Source of the DNA: Thermodesulfobacteriota bacterium
GTDB lineage: Bacteria; Desulfobacterota; WTBG01; CAIYCZ01; CAIRTM01
DNA length: 64,000 nucleotides
Assembly: GCA_026415325.1 (NCBI GenBank)
Contig: JAOAHH010000052.1
Location: forward strand, 2,886 to 66,885
Direction of reading: 5' to 3'
The position numbers were made by a program, and so were the translations under genes. Positions within the stretch are counted from its first letter, which is position 1, and each line of letters opens with the position of its first letter. Below the pieces are notes generated by a model, which was not told the origin of the DNA, did not search any database, and worked only from the letters and a program-made list of their open reading frames with translations. Shown here piece after piece: positions 29,137 through 40,039 of the stretch.

Positions 29137-30135
29137 CTACGGTATTTTCCGGAGCCATGTTTGCGCAAGAACGATTTCTGCCACAATGAGCAGGAGCGCA
29201 GGGATCAAAAACCACGGAGCCAATTCATGATATTCCCTGTGCTCGAGCGCGGTCACCTCTGTTTTTTCCATTGCATCAATTTGGCGGTAAATCATCTCGA
29301 GCGCCTCGGTATTGGTTGCCCGGAAGTAAGCGCCACCGGTTGTTTCGGCGATTTTTTTCAGGGTTTCCTCGTCAAGATCTACCTTCTGGTAGACATACTG
29401 TTTGCCAAACAGCGAATCCACCAGAAACGGCGCTTCGCTTTCTGTCCCCACGCCGATCGTATAGACTTTGATGCCATAGGCGCGGGCAAGGTCTGCCGCA
29501 ACACCGGGGCCGATCGATCCAGTATTGTTCCTTCCGTCGGTGAGCAGGATGATGACTTTTGATTTTGACGGGCTGTCTTTCAAGCGTTTTACCGAGAGTC
29601 CGAGCCCCGACCCGATCGCCGTTGTGTCACCAGCCATACCGATGTCGAGGCGTTCAAGGAAACTCAACAGTACACCGTAATCAAGGGTAAGGGGGCATTG
29701 GGTGAATGCCTCCGCTCCGAAGACCACCATGCCGATCCGGTCGCTCGTGCGTCCCCGAATGAACTCACCGACAACCCTTTTCACAACCTGCAGCCGCGTA
29801 ACACGGGTATCGCCCTCCGTGAAATCCAGTGCCCGCATGCTCCCGGAGGTATCAAGACACAGCATGATGTCGATGCCTTCGGAGGGTATATCAGTGGTTT
29901 TTTCCCCTGCCTGCGGTCGTGCAAGCGCAATGACGAGGAGCACCAGTGCAAGATAACGCATCAGACGGAGACCGCGCTGCAATACAATCTTTCGTGTGCG
30001 CGGGATTTTTTCGATAACCTCAAGCGATGAAAAACGCACGGCGCTGGTTGCCCGTCTCCGGATGTCCCAATACACAAGGGCAATAACCGCACATACTGCA
30101 AGAAGCAACCATGGAGCCTGCAACCGAACCATCAT
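29137..30135 (-). CDS. vWA-domain membrane protein, BatA-like
   Basis: TM - vWA (LDTSGSM MIDAS motif) - C-terminal TM. Start overlaps the upstream stop by 4 nt. Confidence 0.85.
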   Translation of the reverse strand: MMVRLQAPWLLLAVCAVIALVYWDIRRRATSAVRFSSLEVIEKIPRTRKIVLQRGLRLMRYLALVLLVIALARPQAGEKTTDIPSEGIDIMLCLDTSGSMRALDFTEGDTRVTRLQVVKRVVGEFIRGRTSDRIGMVVFGAEAFTQCPLTLDYGVLLSFLERLDIGMAGDTTAIGSGLGLSVKRLKDSPSKSKVIILLTDGRNNTGSIGPGVAADLARAYGIKVYTIGVGTESEAPFLVDSLFGKQYVYQKVDLDEETLKKIAETTGGAYFRATNTEALEMIYRQIDAMEKTEVTALEHREYHELAPWFLIPALLLIVAEIVLAQTWLRKIP

Positions 30136-31298
30136 ATTCCTCCGTGACCGAACCGGTTTGGATTGGGTTGGGAAGTGGAAGCATCGGGAGCCACGTGCTG
30201 GCCAATGGGTTCGGTTATGGGTTTTGTCTGGTTGATGATCTCCATAATATTATTCCAATGGCTTTGGATTTCGTCTGAAGCCGGCATGTATTTGGCAAAT
30301 TTCACCATATCTGCCTGCGCGAGGACTTCTCGGATCAATGACTTTGTCTTTGCCGAAATTTCCGGACAGCTCATGATAGCAGGTATGAGTTCCTGGGTAG
30401 TCTGCTCGACTGCAGGAATCGAGAACCTGTGCTCAATATAATGCCTGAAGATCTCTGAGAGCTTAAAATAGTATTCCCGCACCTTCCCACGCTCTATCAG
30501 ATTTTCGCGCTGAAGCCGTTCAAGGGCTTCATAAACGATTTCATGGGGTGTTTTGTTGATTGCCTGTCTGTGGCGATTCCTTCTGCGGATAAACCATGCG
30601 ACGGTCATACCAGCCACTCCAAGGGTAAGCACTGCTGCAGCAGCGATGATCCAGGGGAGGAGCTGGCGCGGAATCGAATATTGCGGTTTAATGTCATAAA
30701 TATCGTTTTGCCGGGGCGGCGCCGATGGAGCGGTGATTTCGATAAATAATTGCGGGGTGGTGGCCTCCCGTTGGGTGGCGTTATCTGTTGTGCACCAAAG
30801 AAATGAAAACGACGGAATAAGGTATGAGCCAGCACGATCGCCTTTGAGCGAAAACCATTTCGTATGGCGTATGCGCGCTTGAGACCGATCGGGTCCCTGT
30901 TCCCCGAAGTCAACAATCCGCAATCCGACAATACGGTTTCCGATATCGGGCATCGTCACTTGCACGTCATGTCGATGGTCAACCGTCACCGTGAGCGTAA
31001 TTGTTTGGCCGACGGTTGCCGTGGCGGGTTCTGCCTTTGTAGAGACTTCAATCGGCGGCACTTTCGGTTGCGGCGCCGCCATCCGTGTGTCCCGGTGTGA
31101 GCAGCAGTTAAGGCAGAGGATCACACCGAGACAGAGGAGCACGGCTGCCCATGGTGGTTTTTTACAGATATGCCATGTCCGGCGGCAGTGGTTTTGAACC
31201 AATGTGTTTTTGGGTGCGTGCATCGGGAAACGATATGCATTACAGTTGGTTATCGTACGGTTGCGGCAGGGCGGCTCAAGCTCTTGAGCCGTGTGCAT
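30132..31298 (-). CDS. membrane protein of the MoxR/Bat module (BatD-like N-terminal beta-rich domain + single TM)
   Basis: Hydrophobic signal-like segment, VGQTITLTVTV beta-rich region, TM around residues 215-235. Tightly coupled to the flanking genes. Family assignment tentative. Confidence 0.5.
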   Translation of the reverse strand: MHTAQELEPPCRNRTITNCNAYRFPMHAPKNTLVQNHCRRTWHICKKPPWAAVLLCLGVILCLNCCSHRDTRMAAPQPKVPPIEVSTKAEPATATVGQTITLTVTVDHRHDVQVTMPDIGNRIVGLRIVDFGEQGPDRSQARIRHTKWFSLKGDRAGSYLIPSFSFLWCTTDNATQREATTPQLFIEITAPSAPPRQNDIYDIKPQYSIPRQLLPWIIAAAAVLTLGVAGMTVAWFIRRRNRHRQAINKTPHEIVYEALERLQRENLIERGKVREYYFKLSEIFRHYIEHRFSIPAVEQTTQELIPAIMSCPEISAKTKSLIREVLAQADMVKFAKYMPASDEIQSHWNNIMEIINQTKPITEPIGQHVAPDASTSQPNPNRFGHGGI

Positions 31299-32203
31299 TA
31301 CATCCGCCGTTCCCGCATTCTAAAAAACTTCATGATCGGATCGATATACGGCCGATCGGTGCGGATCTCGATCACATCGATTCCTGCTGCTTTGAAGCGA
31401 TCAAAGCGTTCCTGATGTGTCTGCCGGGCAATCTGGGCATAAGCAGCGCGGACGGTAGCATTGGCGGTGTCGATGACCATGGCATGGCCGCGCTCGGCAT
31501 CCCGAACCTCAACGATACCGGCAGACGGCAACTCGAGCTCCCGCGGATCCATTACCCATACGGCAATAAGATCATGCATCCGTGCGGTTATTCGAAGCGC
31601 GCGATCATAGTTATGCGCAATGAAATCAGAGATGAGAAAAGCAACGCAGCGTCGTCGTGCCACTTTGTTCAAATAGCCGAGTGCGCCTCCGATATCGGTC
31701 TGGGTAGACAGCGGCTGATGGTCGAGTACGTTTTTAATGACGCGCCAGACATGAGTCTTCCCTTTTTTGGGCGGTATGTATTTCTCTACATGGTCGCTGA
31801 AGATTATCAGACCGACTTTGTCATTGTTCTTGGTTGCCGCAAACGCAAGCACAGCAGCAAGCTCCGCGGCAAGTTCTTGTTTGAAGCGCGAGCACGTCCC
31901 GAAGAAGCACGATGAGCTGACGTCAACGAGGAGCATGATCGTCAGTTCGCGCTCTTCATGATAGACCTTGATAAACGGGTGACCGAACCGTGCGGTGACG
32001 TTCCAGTCGATATCACGGATATCGTCGCCCGGAGTATATTCCCGCACTTCTTCAAACTCCATCCCGCGGCCGCGGAATGCGCTTTCATATTCGCCCGCAA
32101 AGATGTCATTGACGAGATGATTGGTACGGATATGAATGGTTTTGATCTTTTTGAGAACGTCCTTCGGGATCATGGGTCGTGGCATGTCGTTTTCGACGGT
32201 CAT
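31298..32203 (-). CDS. DUF58-family protein (MoxR-associated vWA-like)
   Basis: DUF58-like sequence (DWNVTARFG...LLVDVSSS) immediately downstream of the MoxR ATPase gene. Confidence 0.85.
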   Translation of the reverse strand: MTVENDMPRPMIPKDVLKKIKTIHIRTNHLVNDIFAGEYESAFRGRGMEFEEVREYTPGDDIRDIDWNVTARFGHPFIKVYHEERELTIMLLVDVSSSCFFGTCSRFKQELAAELAAVLAFAATKNNDKVGLIIFSDHVEKYIPPKKGKTHVWRVIKNVLDHQPLSTQTDIGGALGYLNKVARRRCVAFLISDFIAHNYDRALRITARMHDLIAVWVMDPRELELPSAGIVEVRDAERGHAMVIDTANATVRAAYAQIARQTHQERFDRFKAAGIDVIEIRTDRPYIDPIMKFFRMRERRM

Positions 32204-32283
32204 GGTGCAGGGCGTGCAACGGATTGCAAATTCTACTGCCGCGTTGTGCTTTTTTGTGTTCCGATGTCAGAACACCGGCACCT

Positions 32284-33270
32284 TTACGGCACCTCGACAC
32301 GTTCGAATATTTTTGTAATGATATCATCCGAGGTCAGATCCTCAGCCTCTGCTTCATAGCTGAGCACCACCCGGTGGCGGAGCACATCCATGCCGATGGT
32401 TTTGATATCTTGCGGGATGACATATCCTCTGCCCTGTAAAAAGGCGTATGCCTGCGCTGCCCGGGCAAGATAAATCGAAGCACGGGGGGATGCTCCATAG
32501 TGAATAAGATCCTTAATATCGATGCCCGCCCCCTGCGGTTCGCGGGTTGCAAAAACAATAGCCACAATGTAATCGAGCAGTTTCTCATCAATATAGATAC
32601 TGCCGACAACCCTGCGTGCCTGACGGATATCTTCGGGTGTTGCGACGGGAACCACCGTTGCAATGCCGCGGCCGGCAATGCGCTTAATGATTTCCTTCTC
32701 TTCTGCTTTGGTTGGATACTTAATTTTTACTTTTAGCATAAACCGATCGACCTGTGCCTCGGGAAGCGGGTAGGTGCCTTCCTGCTCGATCGGGTTTTGG
32801 GTTGCCATGACCAGAAACGGATCGCCGAGGGCAAATGTGGTTTCACCGATGGTGATGTGTCGTTCCTGCATTGCTTCAAGCAGCGCGCTTTGGACCTTTG
32901 CAGGTGCCCGGTTGATTTCATCGGCAAGGATGATGTTTGAGAACAAAGGCCCTTTTTTTATAGAGAACTGGTTTGTTTTCGGGTCGTAGATCTGGGTGCC
33001 GATAAGATCGGCGGGCAACAGGTCGGGAGTGAATTGAATGCGCTGGAAGCTTGTGGAGATGGTTTGCGCGAGTGTCTTGACGGCGGTTGTTTTCGCAAGT
33101 CCGGGCACCCCCTCGACCAGAATATGACCGTCGGCCAAAAGGCCGATCAAAAGCCGTTCGATCAGATCATCCTGGCCGACGATAATCTTTTTAATCTCTG
33201 CGGTAATTGTTTTGGTCAGCGCACTGTATTTCTCCACTTCTCTCGTTATTTCCTGTACATTCGGCTGCAT
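32284..33270 (-). CDS. MoxR-family AAA+ ATPase
   Basis: Walker A GVPGLAKT, Walker B ILADEINRA. 328 aa, typical MoxR. Confidence 0.9.
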   Translation of the reverse strand: MQPNVQEITREVEKYSALTKTITAEIKKIIVGQDDLIERLLIGLLADGHILVEGVPGLAKTTAVKTLAQTISTSFQRIQFTPDLLPADLIGTQIYDPKTNQFSIKKGPLFSNIILADEINRAPAKVQSALLEAMQERHITIGETTFALGDPFLVMATQNPIEQEGTYPLPEAQVDRFMLKVKIKYPTKAEEKEIIKRIAGRGIATVVPVATPEDIRQARRVVGSIYIDEKLLDYIVAIVFATREPQGAGIDIKDLIHYGASPRASIYLARAAQAYAFLQGRGYVIPQDIKTIGMDVLRHRVVLSYEAEAEDLTSDDIITKIFERVEVP

Positions 33271-33365
33271 AATTTCCTCCGGATGCTGTTATGATAGGAT
33301 GACAGGTACGCTCGCCCTTATCGCTGCGCCTTCATACTCCCCGATACACCGCTCATAAACGCTTG

Positions 33366-33384
33366 TGACACAGCGCGTGTGTCA
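33366..33384. promoter_or_regulatory. perfect 7-bp inverted repeat TGACACA-GCGCG-TGTGTCA, ~95-115 nt upstream of the moxR start
   Basis: Read directly from sequence. Candidate operator. Confidence 0.3.
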
Positions 33385-33466
33385 GTGAAACCGTAATCAT
33401 GTATTTGGAAGAGGATCCCGCCGTCCAGTCCCATTTGGCAGGAAGACGGGAAGAGTGCAGCGCTTA

Positions 33467-34567
33467 CTAGTGCAAGAGGTTTTTTATGAAGCCTTTTTTA
33501 TCTGCGCTTTCTTCGAGCGCTGCAAGTTGCCGGAAAAGTTCTTCTTGCTGCCGCGTCAGCTTTGTGGGTGTCTTGACAATGACCTGGACAAGCTGATCGC
33601 CTTTCCCGCGGCCGTTGATATATGGAATGCCGGCGCCGGGAATCCGCAACACATCGCCGGATTGAATGCCGCGCGGAATCTTTAGGGTTTCTTCACCATA
33701 CAGCGTCGGTACACGAATTTCGGCCCCCAACGCGGCCTGAGAAAACGAAATCGGCACCTGGCAGACGATATCGTTATTGTGTCGCTGGAAAAACGGGTCA
33801 TCTTCAACATGGAGAAAAACATAGAGATCGCCCGGTGGCCCGTTACGTTCCCCCGGTTCTCCTTCTTTGCTCAATCTGAGTTTCATGCCGGTTTCTACAC
33901 CTGCAGGCACTTTGACTTTAAGTGTTTTGGTCTGCAGCTCACGACCGCTGCCGCGGCATTGTTTGCAAGGCTTCGCAATGACGGTGCCGGCACCGCGGCA
34001 GCGAGGACAGGTTGTGGTAATGCTAAAGAACCCCTGCTGTTGCACAACTCTGCCGGCACCACGGCACATGCCGCAGGTTTCCGGGTGTGTTCCGGGAGCA
34101 GCGCCGGTACCAGCACAGGACGAACACTGAACTGTTTTTTCAACCTCAATCGTTTTTTCAACACCGAATGCCGCATCGCGCAACGAGATTGACAAGTCAT
34201 AGCGAAGATCGGAACCGCGACGCGGCGACGTTCTGTCGCGCCGTCTTCCCCCAAAACCGCCAAAACCAAAGAACTCTTCGAAAATATCGCTGAACGATGA
34301 GAAGATGTCCTCAAAACCGGTGAACCCAGAAAACCCTGAATTGCGGAGTCCATCGTGACCGAACCGGTCGTAGAGGCTTCGTTTTTCCGGGTCCCGCAGT
34401 ACTTCGTAGGCTTCGCTCGCCTCCTTGAATTTTTCCTCGCACTCTTTATCGCCGGGGTTGCGGTCAGGATGGTATTGGAGGGCAAGTTTTCGGTATGCTT
34501 TTTTTATGTCATCTGCTGAGGCGTTGCGCGGCACGCCAAGAATTTCATAGTAGTCTCGTTTTGTCAT
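33467..34567 (-). CDS. dnaJ: molecular chaperone DnaJ
   Basis: J-domain (HPD), G/F-rich region, four CxxCxGxG zinc-finger repeats. Start set to ATG 34567 ([12 protein letters not shown]), verified. Confidence 0.95.
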   Translation of the reverse strand: MTKRDYYEILGVPRNASADDIKKAYRKLALQYHPDRNPGDKECEEKFKEASEAYEVLRDPEKRSLYDRFGHDGLRNSGFSGFTGFEDIFSSFSDIFEEFFGFGGFGGRRRDRTSPRRGSDLRYDLSISLRDAAFGVEKTIEVEKTVQCSSCAGTGAAPGTHPETCGMCRGAGRVVQQQGFFSITTTCPRCRGAGTVIAKPCKQCRGSGRELQTKTLKVKVPAGVETGMKLRLSKEGEPGERNGPPGDLYVFLHVEDDPFFQRHNNDIVCQVPISFSQAALGAEIRVPTLYGEETLKIPRGIQSGDVLRIPGAGIPYINGRGKGDQLVQVIVKTPTKLTRQQEELFRQLAALEESADKKGFIKNLLH

Positions 34568-34837
34568 GGTATCAACCGCCATTTCGAAGCATCAGATGCA
34601 ATAATCGACGCTTTATAAGGTAAAAAGAGGCAATGCCAAAATCCACTGAATATGGCACAGCTCAGCGATAATGCCAATGCCAAGAAGAAAAGCATATGCT
34701 GCAAGGAGTGCCAAAAATACCATATTATTGAATCCATTATTGCCGGACACGGCGTGCTCTCTCTCGATGGCAGAAAAATTCGCATGTTAATGTAATCATC
34801 AACCGGCATGGTGTCAAGAAAGCCCACGAAAAAAACG

Positions 34838-35794
34838 TCATTCATCAGAAGGGGTCGGCAACTCAAGGCGTTTGAAATCAGGAAGCTGCTGCTCCATGTA
34901 CTGCCTGATTTTTTTTATGAGTCTATTTTCAACCTGTCGCACCCGCTCCTTGGAGATGCCGTATTTGTCACCGATCGCCTGGAGGGTTACCGGTGTGTCG
35001 GACAATATGCGTGTTTCCAAAATGTCCCGCTCTTTGTCATCAAGGGACTCCTTGAAATCGCTCAGTTTTTCGTTGAATATCTGCTGCAATTCACGATCAG
35101 CGATGGCAACATCAAATACCTCTGTGTCGGCTGACAGCAGATCGCCCCGCGTTTCACGCCAGTCATCACCAACCGGATGATCGAGCGACGGTTCCCAGTC
35201 ACCGAGTCGCTGCTCCATTTCAATGATTTTATCCTCATCTGTGTCCAGCGCTTGTGCAAGCCGCGCCGGGCCGGGATAGAATCCCATCTTTTCGAGTCGC
35301 GCTTTTTCTTTTTGCAAGTTGAAAAAGAGTTTCCGTTGCATCTGGGTGGTGCCGATTTTGACAAGACGCCAGTTGTCCATGATAAATTTCAGGATATATG
35401 CCTTGATCCAGTATGAGGCATAGTAGGAAAGTTTAACGCCGCGGTAGGGGTCAAAGTTTTTCACCGCCTGCATGAGGCCGATGTTGCCTTCCTGCACTAG
35501 ATCCAGAAGATTGAGCATCCACTGGCGCTGATATTCAAGGGCGATTTTTACGACAAGGCGCAAGTTCGCGGTAATCAGCCGGTAGGCGGCTTCCATATCG
35601 CCTGTTTCGCGGTACCGGATGGCAAGTTCGCGTTCTTCCTCAGGGGTGAGGAGCGGGATTTTTCGCACTTCTGCAAGATATGCCTGCAGGGCATCATAGG
35701 ATATCGGGAGCTGACTCTGCGAAGCAGGTTCGGTTTCCTGAAATCGATCATCGTGCTCGGTTTCGTGCAGATGTTCCTCGAGGTGTTCTTCCAT
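34838..35794 (-). CDS. rpoH: RNA polymerase sigma-32 (RpoH)
   Basis: RpoH box QRKLFFNLQKEK, regions 2 and 4. ORF-track start at 35896 is a TTG lying inside the uvrB 3' end. The ATG at 35794 is more plausible but unproven. Confidence 0.8.
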   Translation of the reverse strand: MEEHLEEHLHETEHDDRFQETEPASQSQLPISYDALQAYLAEVRKIPLLTPEEERELAIRYRETGDMEAAYRLITANLRLVVKIALEYQRQWMLNLLDLVQEGNIGLMQAVKNFDPYRGVKLSYYASYWIKAYILKFIMDNWRLVKIGTTQMQRKLFFNLQKEKARLEKMGFYPGPARLAQALDTDEDKIIEMEQRLGDWEPSLDHPVGDDWRETRGDLLSADTEVFDVAIADRELQQIFNEKLSDFKESLDDKERDILETRILSDTPVTLQAIGDKYGISKERVRQVENRLIKKIRQYMEQQLPDFKRLELPTPSDE

Positions 35795-35873
35795 ATCGGT
35801 ATCGTGTATGCGTTCCAGTCTATTATTTTCTGTTTGCAAACTCTTGTCAATTCGGAAAACAGCGTATAACCAG

Positions 35874-37874
35874 TTAAGAACGAATGTTGAGCTCAAGGAC
35901 TAATTTTTCAAGTCTGAAGATACGGTCGCGGATTTCCGCAGCTTTTTCGAACTCAAGCCGCCGCGCAGCGGTTGCCATCTGTTTTTTTAATTTTTTTATC
36001 TGCCGTTCTATGTCTTTGGCGCTTCCGTACACCTCCGGTTCTTCGGCGGCCAGCGGCACCGTCACATAATCCTTTTCATAAACGGTATTCAAGATGCCTG
36101 AGATGTTTTTCTTGATGGATTCCGGCGTAATGCCGTGTTGGCGATTGTACTCCTCCTGGATTGCACGTCTGCGCTGTGATTCGCGCAGGGTATTGCGGAT
36201 ACTCTGCGTCATAACATCGGCATAGAGAATAACTCTGCCGTCAATGTTGCGGGCAGCACGGCCGCAGATCTGAATCAAGGAACGCTCTGACCGGAGAAAA
36301 CCCTCCTTGTCTGCATCAAGCACTGCTACCAGCGACACTTCGGGCAAATCGAGTCCTTCGCGCAAAAGGTTTATGCCGATCAGCACATCGAATGTGCCGC
36401 GTCTCAAATTGCGCAGGATATCGAACCGCTGGAGCGTATCAATGTCTGAGTGCAAGTATTCAACACGCAGACCCATGTCCCGATAATGCTCGGACAGGTC
36501 TTCGGCCATGCGCTTGGTCAGCGTTGTCACCAGTGTGCGTTGTTTGCGGGTAGCCTGCCGCCGCAACTCTCCGTAAAGGTCATCGACCTGTCCCGCGGTC
36601 GGGCGAACCTCAATGATCGGGTCCATTAAACCGGTCGGCCGAATCAGTTGTTCTACCACGTGATTGCCGGCCCTCTCGAGTTCATATTCGGCCGGCGTTG
36701 CAGAGACATAAATGACCTGCCCGACCTTGTTTTCGAACTCCGAAAAGCTGAGCGGTCGGTTGTCGAGTGCCGAGGGGAGGCGAAACCCGTATTCGACCAA
36801 CGTGGTTTTGCGGGAACGGTCGCCATGGTACATGCCGCGGATCTGCGGAATTGAAATATGACTTTCGTCGATAAAGAGCAGAAAGTCATCAGGGAAATAA
36901 TCAAGCAGCACCCACGGCGGATCCCCTGCCTTTCTGCCGTCGAGATGGCGGGAATAATTTTCAATACCGTTGCAGTATCCCATAGTTTCCAACATCTCAA
37001 GATCGAGCAGCGTGCGCTCTCTAATCCGCTGGGCCTCGACGAGCCGGTTATGTGCCTGAAAAAAAGCGATCCGCTCGCGGAGTTCTTCCCGGATGTCGCG
37101 GAGTGCCCGGACAAGATTGGTGCGGCTGGTGACGTAATGGCTGTTGGGATAGAGATGGAGATGCTTTATCTGCCGCAAGACGGTGCCGGTGAGTGCATCG
37201 ATGTGCATAATCGCTTCGATCGAGTCGCCGTCAAACTGAACGCGGACCGCTGTTGTGTCTTCATAGGAAGGAAATATCTCAACAATGTCGCCCCTGACGC
37301 GGAATGTGCCGCGATGGAAGTCAAAATCATTGCGTTCATACTGCAGTTCGACAAGTCGGGCAAGAAAGGCGTCGCGGGGCATATCCGCCCGATCCTGAAT
37401 CAGAAGGAGCATCCCGGAATATTCCTGTGGAGAACCGAGGGCATAAATACAAGACACGCTGGCGACCACAATCACGTCCCGTCGCTGAAAAAGTGACGCG
37501 GTTGCAGCGTGTCTTAACCGATCGATCTCATCATTGATTGAGGAATCCTTTTCAATATAGGTGTCGGTTGACGGGATATAGGCTTCCGGCTGGTAATAAT
37601 CATAGTAGCTTACGAAGTATTCAACGGCATTATGGGGAAAGAGCTCCTTGAATTCTGCGTAAAGCTGTGCTGCGAGCGTTTTGTTCGGCGCTATTACCAG
37701 GGTAGGTTTTTGCACTTGGGCGATTACATTCGCCATCGTAAACGTTTTTCCCGAGCCGGTGACACCGAGCAGCACCTGATGCCGGACACCGTTGCGAACC
37801 CCCCGGACGAGCTTTTCGATTGCCTGCGGTTGATCGCCTTTGGGGAGGTAATCTGACGTTAAGACAAATTGCAT
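35874..37874 (-). CDS. uvrB: excinuclease ABC subunit B
   Basis: Walker A GVTGSGKT, helicase motifs, C-terminal UVR domain. Start set to ATG 37874 (MQFVLTSDY...), verified. Confidence 0.95.
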   Translation of the reverse strand: MQFVLTSDYLPKGDQPQAIEKLVRGVRNGVRHQVLLGVTGSGKTFTMANVIAQVQKPTLVIAPNKTLAAQLYAEFKELFPHNAVEYFVSYYDYYQPEAYIPSTDTYIEKDSSINDEIDRLRHAATASLFQRRDVIVVASVSCIYALGSPQEYSGMLLLIQDRADMPRDAFLARLVELQYERNDFDFHRGTFRVRGDIVEIFPSYEDTTAVRVQFDGDSIEAIMHIDALTGTVLRQIKHLHLYPNSHYVTSRTNLVRALRDIREELRERIAFFQAHNRLVEAQRIRERTLLDLEMLETMGYCNGIENYSRHLDGRKAGDPPWVLLDYFPDDFLLFIDESHISIPQIRGMYHGDRSRKTTLVEYGFRLPSALDNRPLSFSEFENKVGQVIYVSATPAEYELERAGNHVVEQLIRPTGLMDPIIEVRPTAGQVDDLYGELRRQATRKQRTLVTTLTKRMAEDLSEHYRDMGLRVEYLHSDIDTLQRFDILRNLRRGTFDVLIGINLLREGLDLPEVSLVAVLDADKEGFLRSERSLIQICGRAARNIDGRVILYADVMTQSIRNTLRESQRRRAIQEEYNRQHGITPESIKKNISGILNTVYEKDYVTVPLAAEEPEVYGSAKDIERQIKKLKKQMATAARRLEFEKAAEIRDRIFRLEKLVLELNIRS

Positions 37875-37980
37875 AGTTTTGTGTCGTGTTGCCCGGTGCG
37901 TAACAGGCGCCAGGCATGTAGCCATGGGGTTATGGATCGGCGTGTTGCGGAGACAATACGGTCATGCACATTGGCAAGGG

Positions 37981-39456
37981 TTACGAACTTTTAAAGCTCC
38001 ACTCAGTGCCCTGCGGTGTGTCTTTCAGGACGATGCCCCGAGCGGCAAGCTCTGCCCGAATCTGGTCTGCACGCGCCCAATTTTTATCTTTTCGTGCCTG
38101 TGCGCGCTCGGCAATCAGACGCCCGATTTCGTCAGGTGATATCCCACACTCCTGCACGGCGCTGAACTGCTGTCGGGCAAAATACGCTTCGGGATCTTCG
38201 TTGAACAACCCGAGCACTGAACCGACATCGCGAAAAACGCTTTGAGCGGCAACAGCGATATGCGCCGGGATCGTCCGGTTCCCGTCTTTTTTGCACCGGT
38301 CAATAAGTCCGTTAAGCACACGGGTCAAGCTATGGAGATACCCGAGTGCTGCAGCGGTATTGAAGTCATCATCCATCGCGCTCTTGAATCTTTCTGGAAA
38401 TGCTTCGAGTTCCTGCATGGCTTTGCGTTCCAGATCATCGCATGCAGCAGTGCCTTTTTCAGTTTTCGGGACGGTGTGCAGGTCACGTTGGATCCCGTAC
38501 ATGCGATCCAGACCGATACGGGCTTCTGCGATATTTTTATCCGAAAAATCGACCGGACTGCGATAGTGGTTTGAAAGGAGGAAGAGTCTGACCGCTTCAG
38601 GATGATAGTGTTTGAGTACATCCCGGATAGTCAGAAAGTTTTTGAGTGATTTGGACATCTTTTCGTTGTTGATATTCACAAACCCATTATGCATCCAGTA
38701 ACGGGCAAAGGGTTTTCCGGTCGCAGCTTCGGCCTGGGCAATTTCATTTTCATGGTGCGGGAAAATAAGATCCATGCCGCCGCCGTGAATGTCGAAGGTT
38801 TCGCCCAGATACTTCTGGCTCATGACCGAACATTCGATATGCCAGCCCGGTCTGCCGTGCCCCCACGGGCTGTCCCAGAACGGTTCATTAGGTTTGCTTT
38901 TTTTCCACAGCGCAAAGTCGAGCGGATTGCGTTTGCGCTCGTCAACATCGATCCTGGCACCTGCCATCAGCTCGTCAAGATGCTTGCCCGATAGCTTCCC
39001 ATAGCCTGAGAAACGCTCAACGCTGAAATAGACATCGCCGTCAATTACATAGGCGATTCCTTTGGCGATGAGGGTTTGAATCATGGCAATCATATCCGGG
39101 ATATGCTCTGTTGCACGCGGTGCATGTGTTGGCCGTTCTACGCCGAGCGCGGCCATGTCCTGGTCAAATGCTTCGATAAACCGCTCCGCAACGACGGTGT
39201 AGGGAACGTTGTCATGGTTGGCGCGATTAATGATTTTGTCGTCGATGTCCGTATAGTTACGGACAAACACAACACGGTAGCCGCAGGAACGAAGATATCG
39301 CTGCACGACGTCAAAAACTACCATGGCGCGTGCATGACCGATATGTGAAAAGTCATAGACCGTCACGCCGCAGGCATACATGCCGACCTGCCCTTCGTGC
39401 AGTGGGATAAAGTCTTCCTTGCGTCGGGTCATGGTATTATAGATTTTCAGGCTCAT
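37981..39456 (-). CDS. cysS: cysteine--tRNA ligase
   Basis: HIGH (HIGHAR) and KMSKS motifs, zinc-binding Cys. Confidence 0.95.
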   Translation of the reverse strand: MSLKIYNTMTRRKEDFIPLHEGQVGMYACGVTVYDFSHIGHARAMVVFDVVQRYLRSCGYRVVFVRNYTDIDDKIINRANHDNVPYTVVAERFIEAFDQDMAALGVERPTHAPRATEHIPDMIAMIQTLIAKGIAYVIDGDVYFSVERFSGYGKLSGKHLDELMAGARIDVDERKRNPLDFALWKKSKPNEPFWDSPWGHGRPGWHIECSVMSQKYLGETFDIHGGGMDLIFPHHENEIAQAEAATGKPFARYWMHNGFVNINNEKMSKSLKNFLTIRDVLKHYHPEAVRLFLLSNHYRSPVDFSDKNIAEARIGLDRMYGIQRDLHTVPKTEKGTAACDDLERKAMQELEAFPERFKSAMDDDFNTAAALGYLHSLTRVLNGLIDRCKKDGNRTIPAHIAVAAQSVFRDVGSVLGLFNEDPEAYFARQQFSAVQECGISPDEIGRLIAERAQARKDKNWARADQIRAELAARGIVLKDTPQGTEWSFKSS

Positions 39457-39547
39457 AAACGATCCTAATTTCCAAAAAATTATTACTCAGCGCTTGGTAC
39501 GCAGTATTCAGCACGTTCCGCGGTGTCTCTGCCGTTGTATGCTGTTT

Positions 39548-40039
39548 TCACGGTTTACGCTTGACTCGTCTTTTGCGCAGCAACACCACTGCCTGCGCAG
39601 CTATACCCTCACCCCTTCCTTCAAAACCCATGCCTTCAGTGGTGGTAGCCTTGATATTGACGACCGCCGGGCTGATACGAAGACACGTGGCAATGTTCTT
39701 TTGCATGGATTCAAGGTACGGCGCAAGACGGGGTGTCTGACATATTACGACGGCATCGACATTGCCGCAGACAAATCCGCGCTGTAATGCCATATCGCCG
39801 ACCCGTTCCAGGAGCACAGTACTGGCAATGTCTTTGAACGCATTGTCCGAATCCGGAAAATGGCGTCCGATATCGCCGAGGCCTGCTGCGCCAAGAATTG
39901 CATCACACACAGCGTGCAGAAGCACATCTGCATCGGAATGACCAAGGAGCCCTTTGTCAAACGGAATCCTAACGCCGCCGATAATCAGCGCTCTGCCAGC
40001 AACCAGCCGGTGGGCATCATATCCAGTACCGATTCTCAT
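39548..40039 (-). CDS. ispF: 2-C-methyl-D-erythritol 2,4-cyclodiphosphate synthase
   Basis: IspF signature GYDAHRL...GHSDADVLLHA, with a short basic C-terminal tail. Confidence 0.9.
   Translation of the reverse strand: MRIGTGYDAHRLVAGRALIIGGVRIPFDKGLLGHSDADVLLHAVCDAILGAAGLGDIGRHFPDSDNAFKDIASTVLLERVGDMALQRGFVCGNVDAVVICQTPRLAPYLESMQKNIATCLRISPAVVNIKATTTEGMGFEGRGEGIAAQAVVLLRKRRVKRKP

Noticed and set aside
31151-31915. 254-aa plus-strand ORF
   Set aside because: Antisense to the DUF58/MoxR-module genes, with no recognisable domain.
34564-34866. 100-aa ORF in the rpoH-dnaJ spacer
   Set aside because: Overlaps both flanking genes' ends. A hydrophobic, low-complexity region likely to be non-coding spacer carrying the dnaJ promoter.
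36858-37496. 212-aa plus-strand ORF
   Set aside because: Antisense to uvrB.
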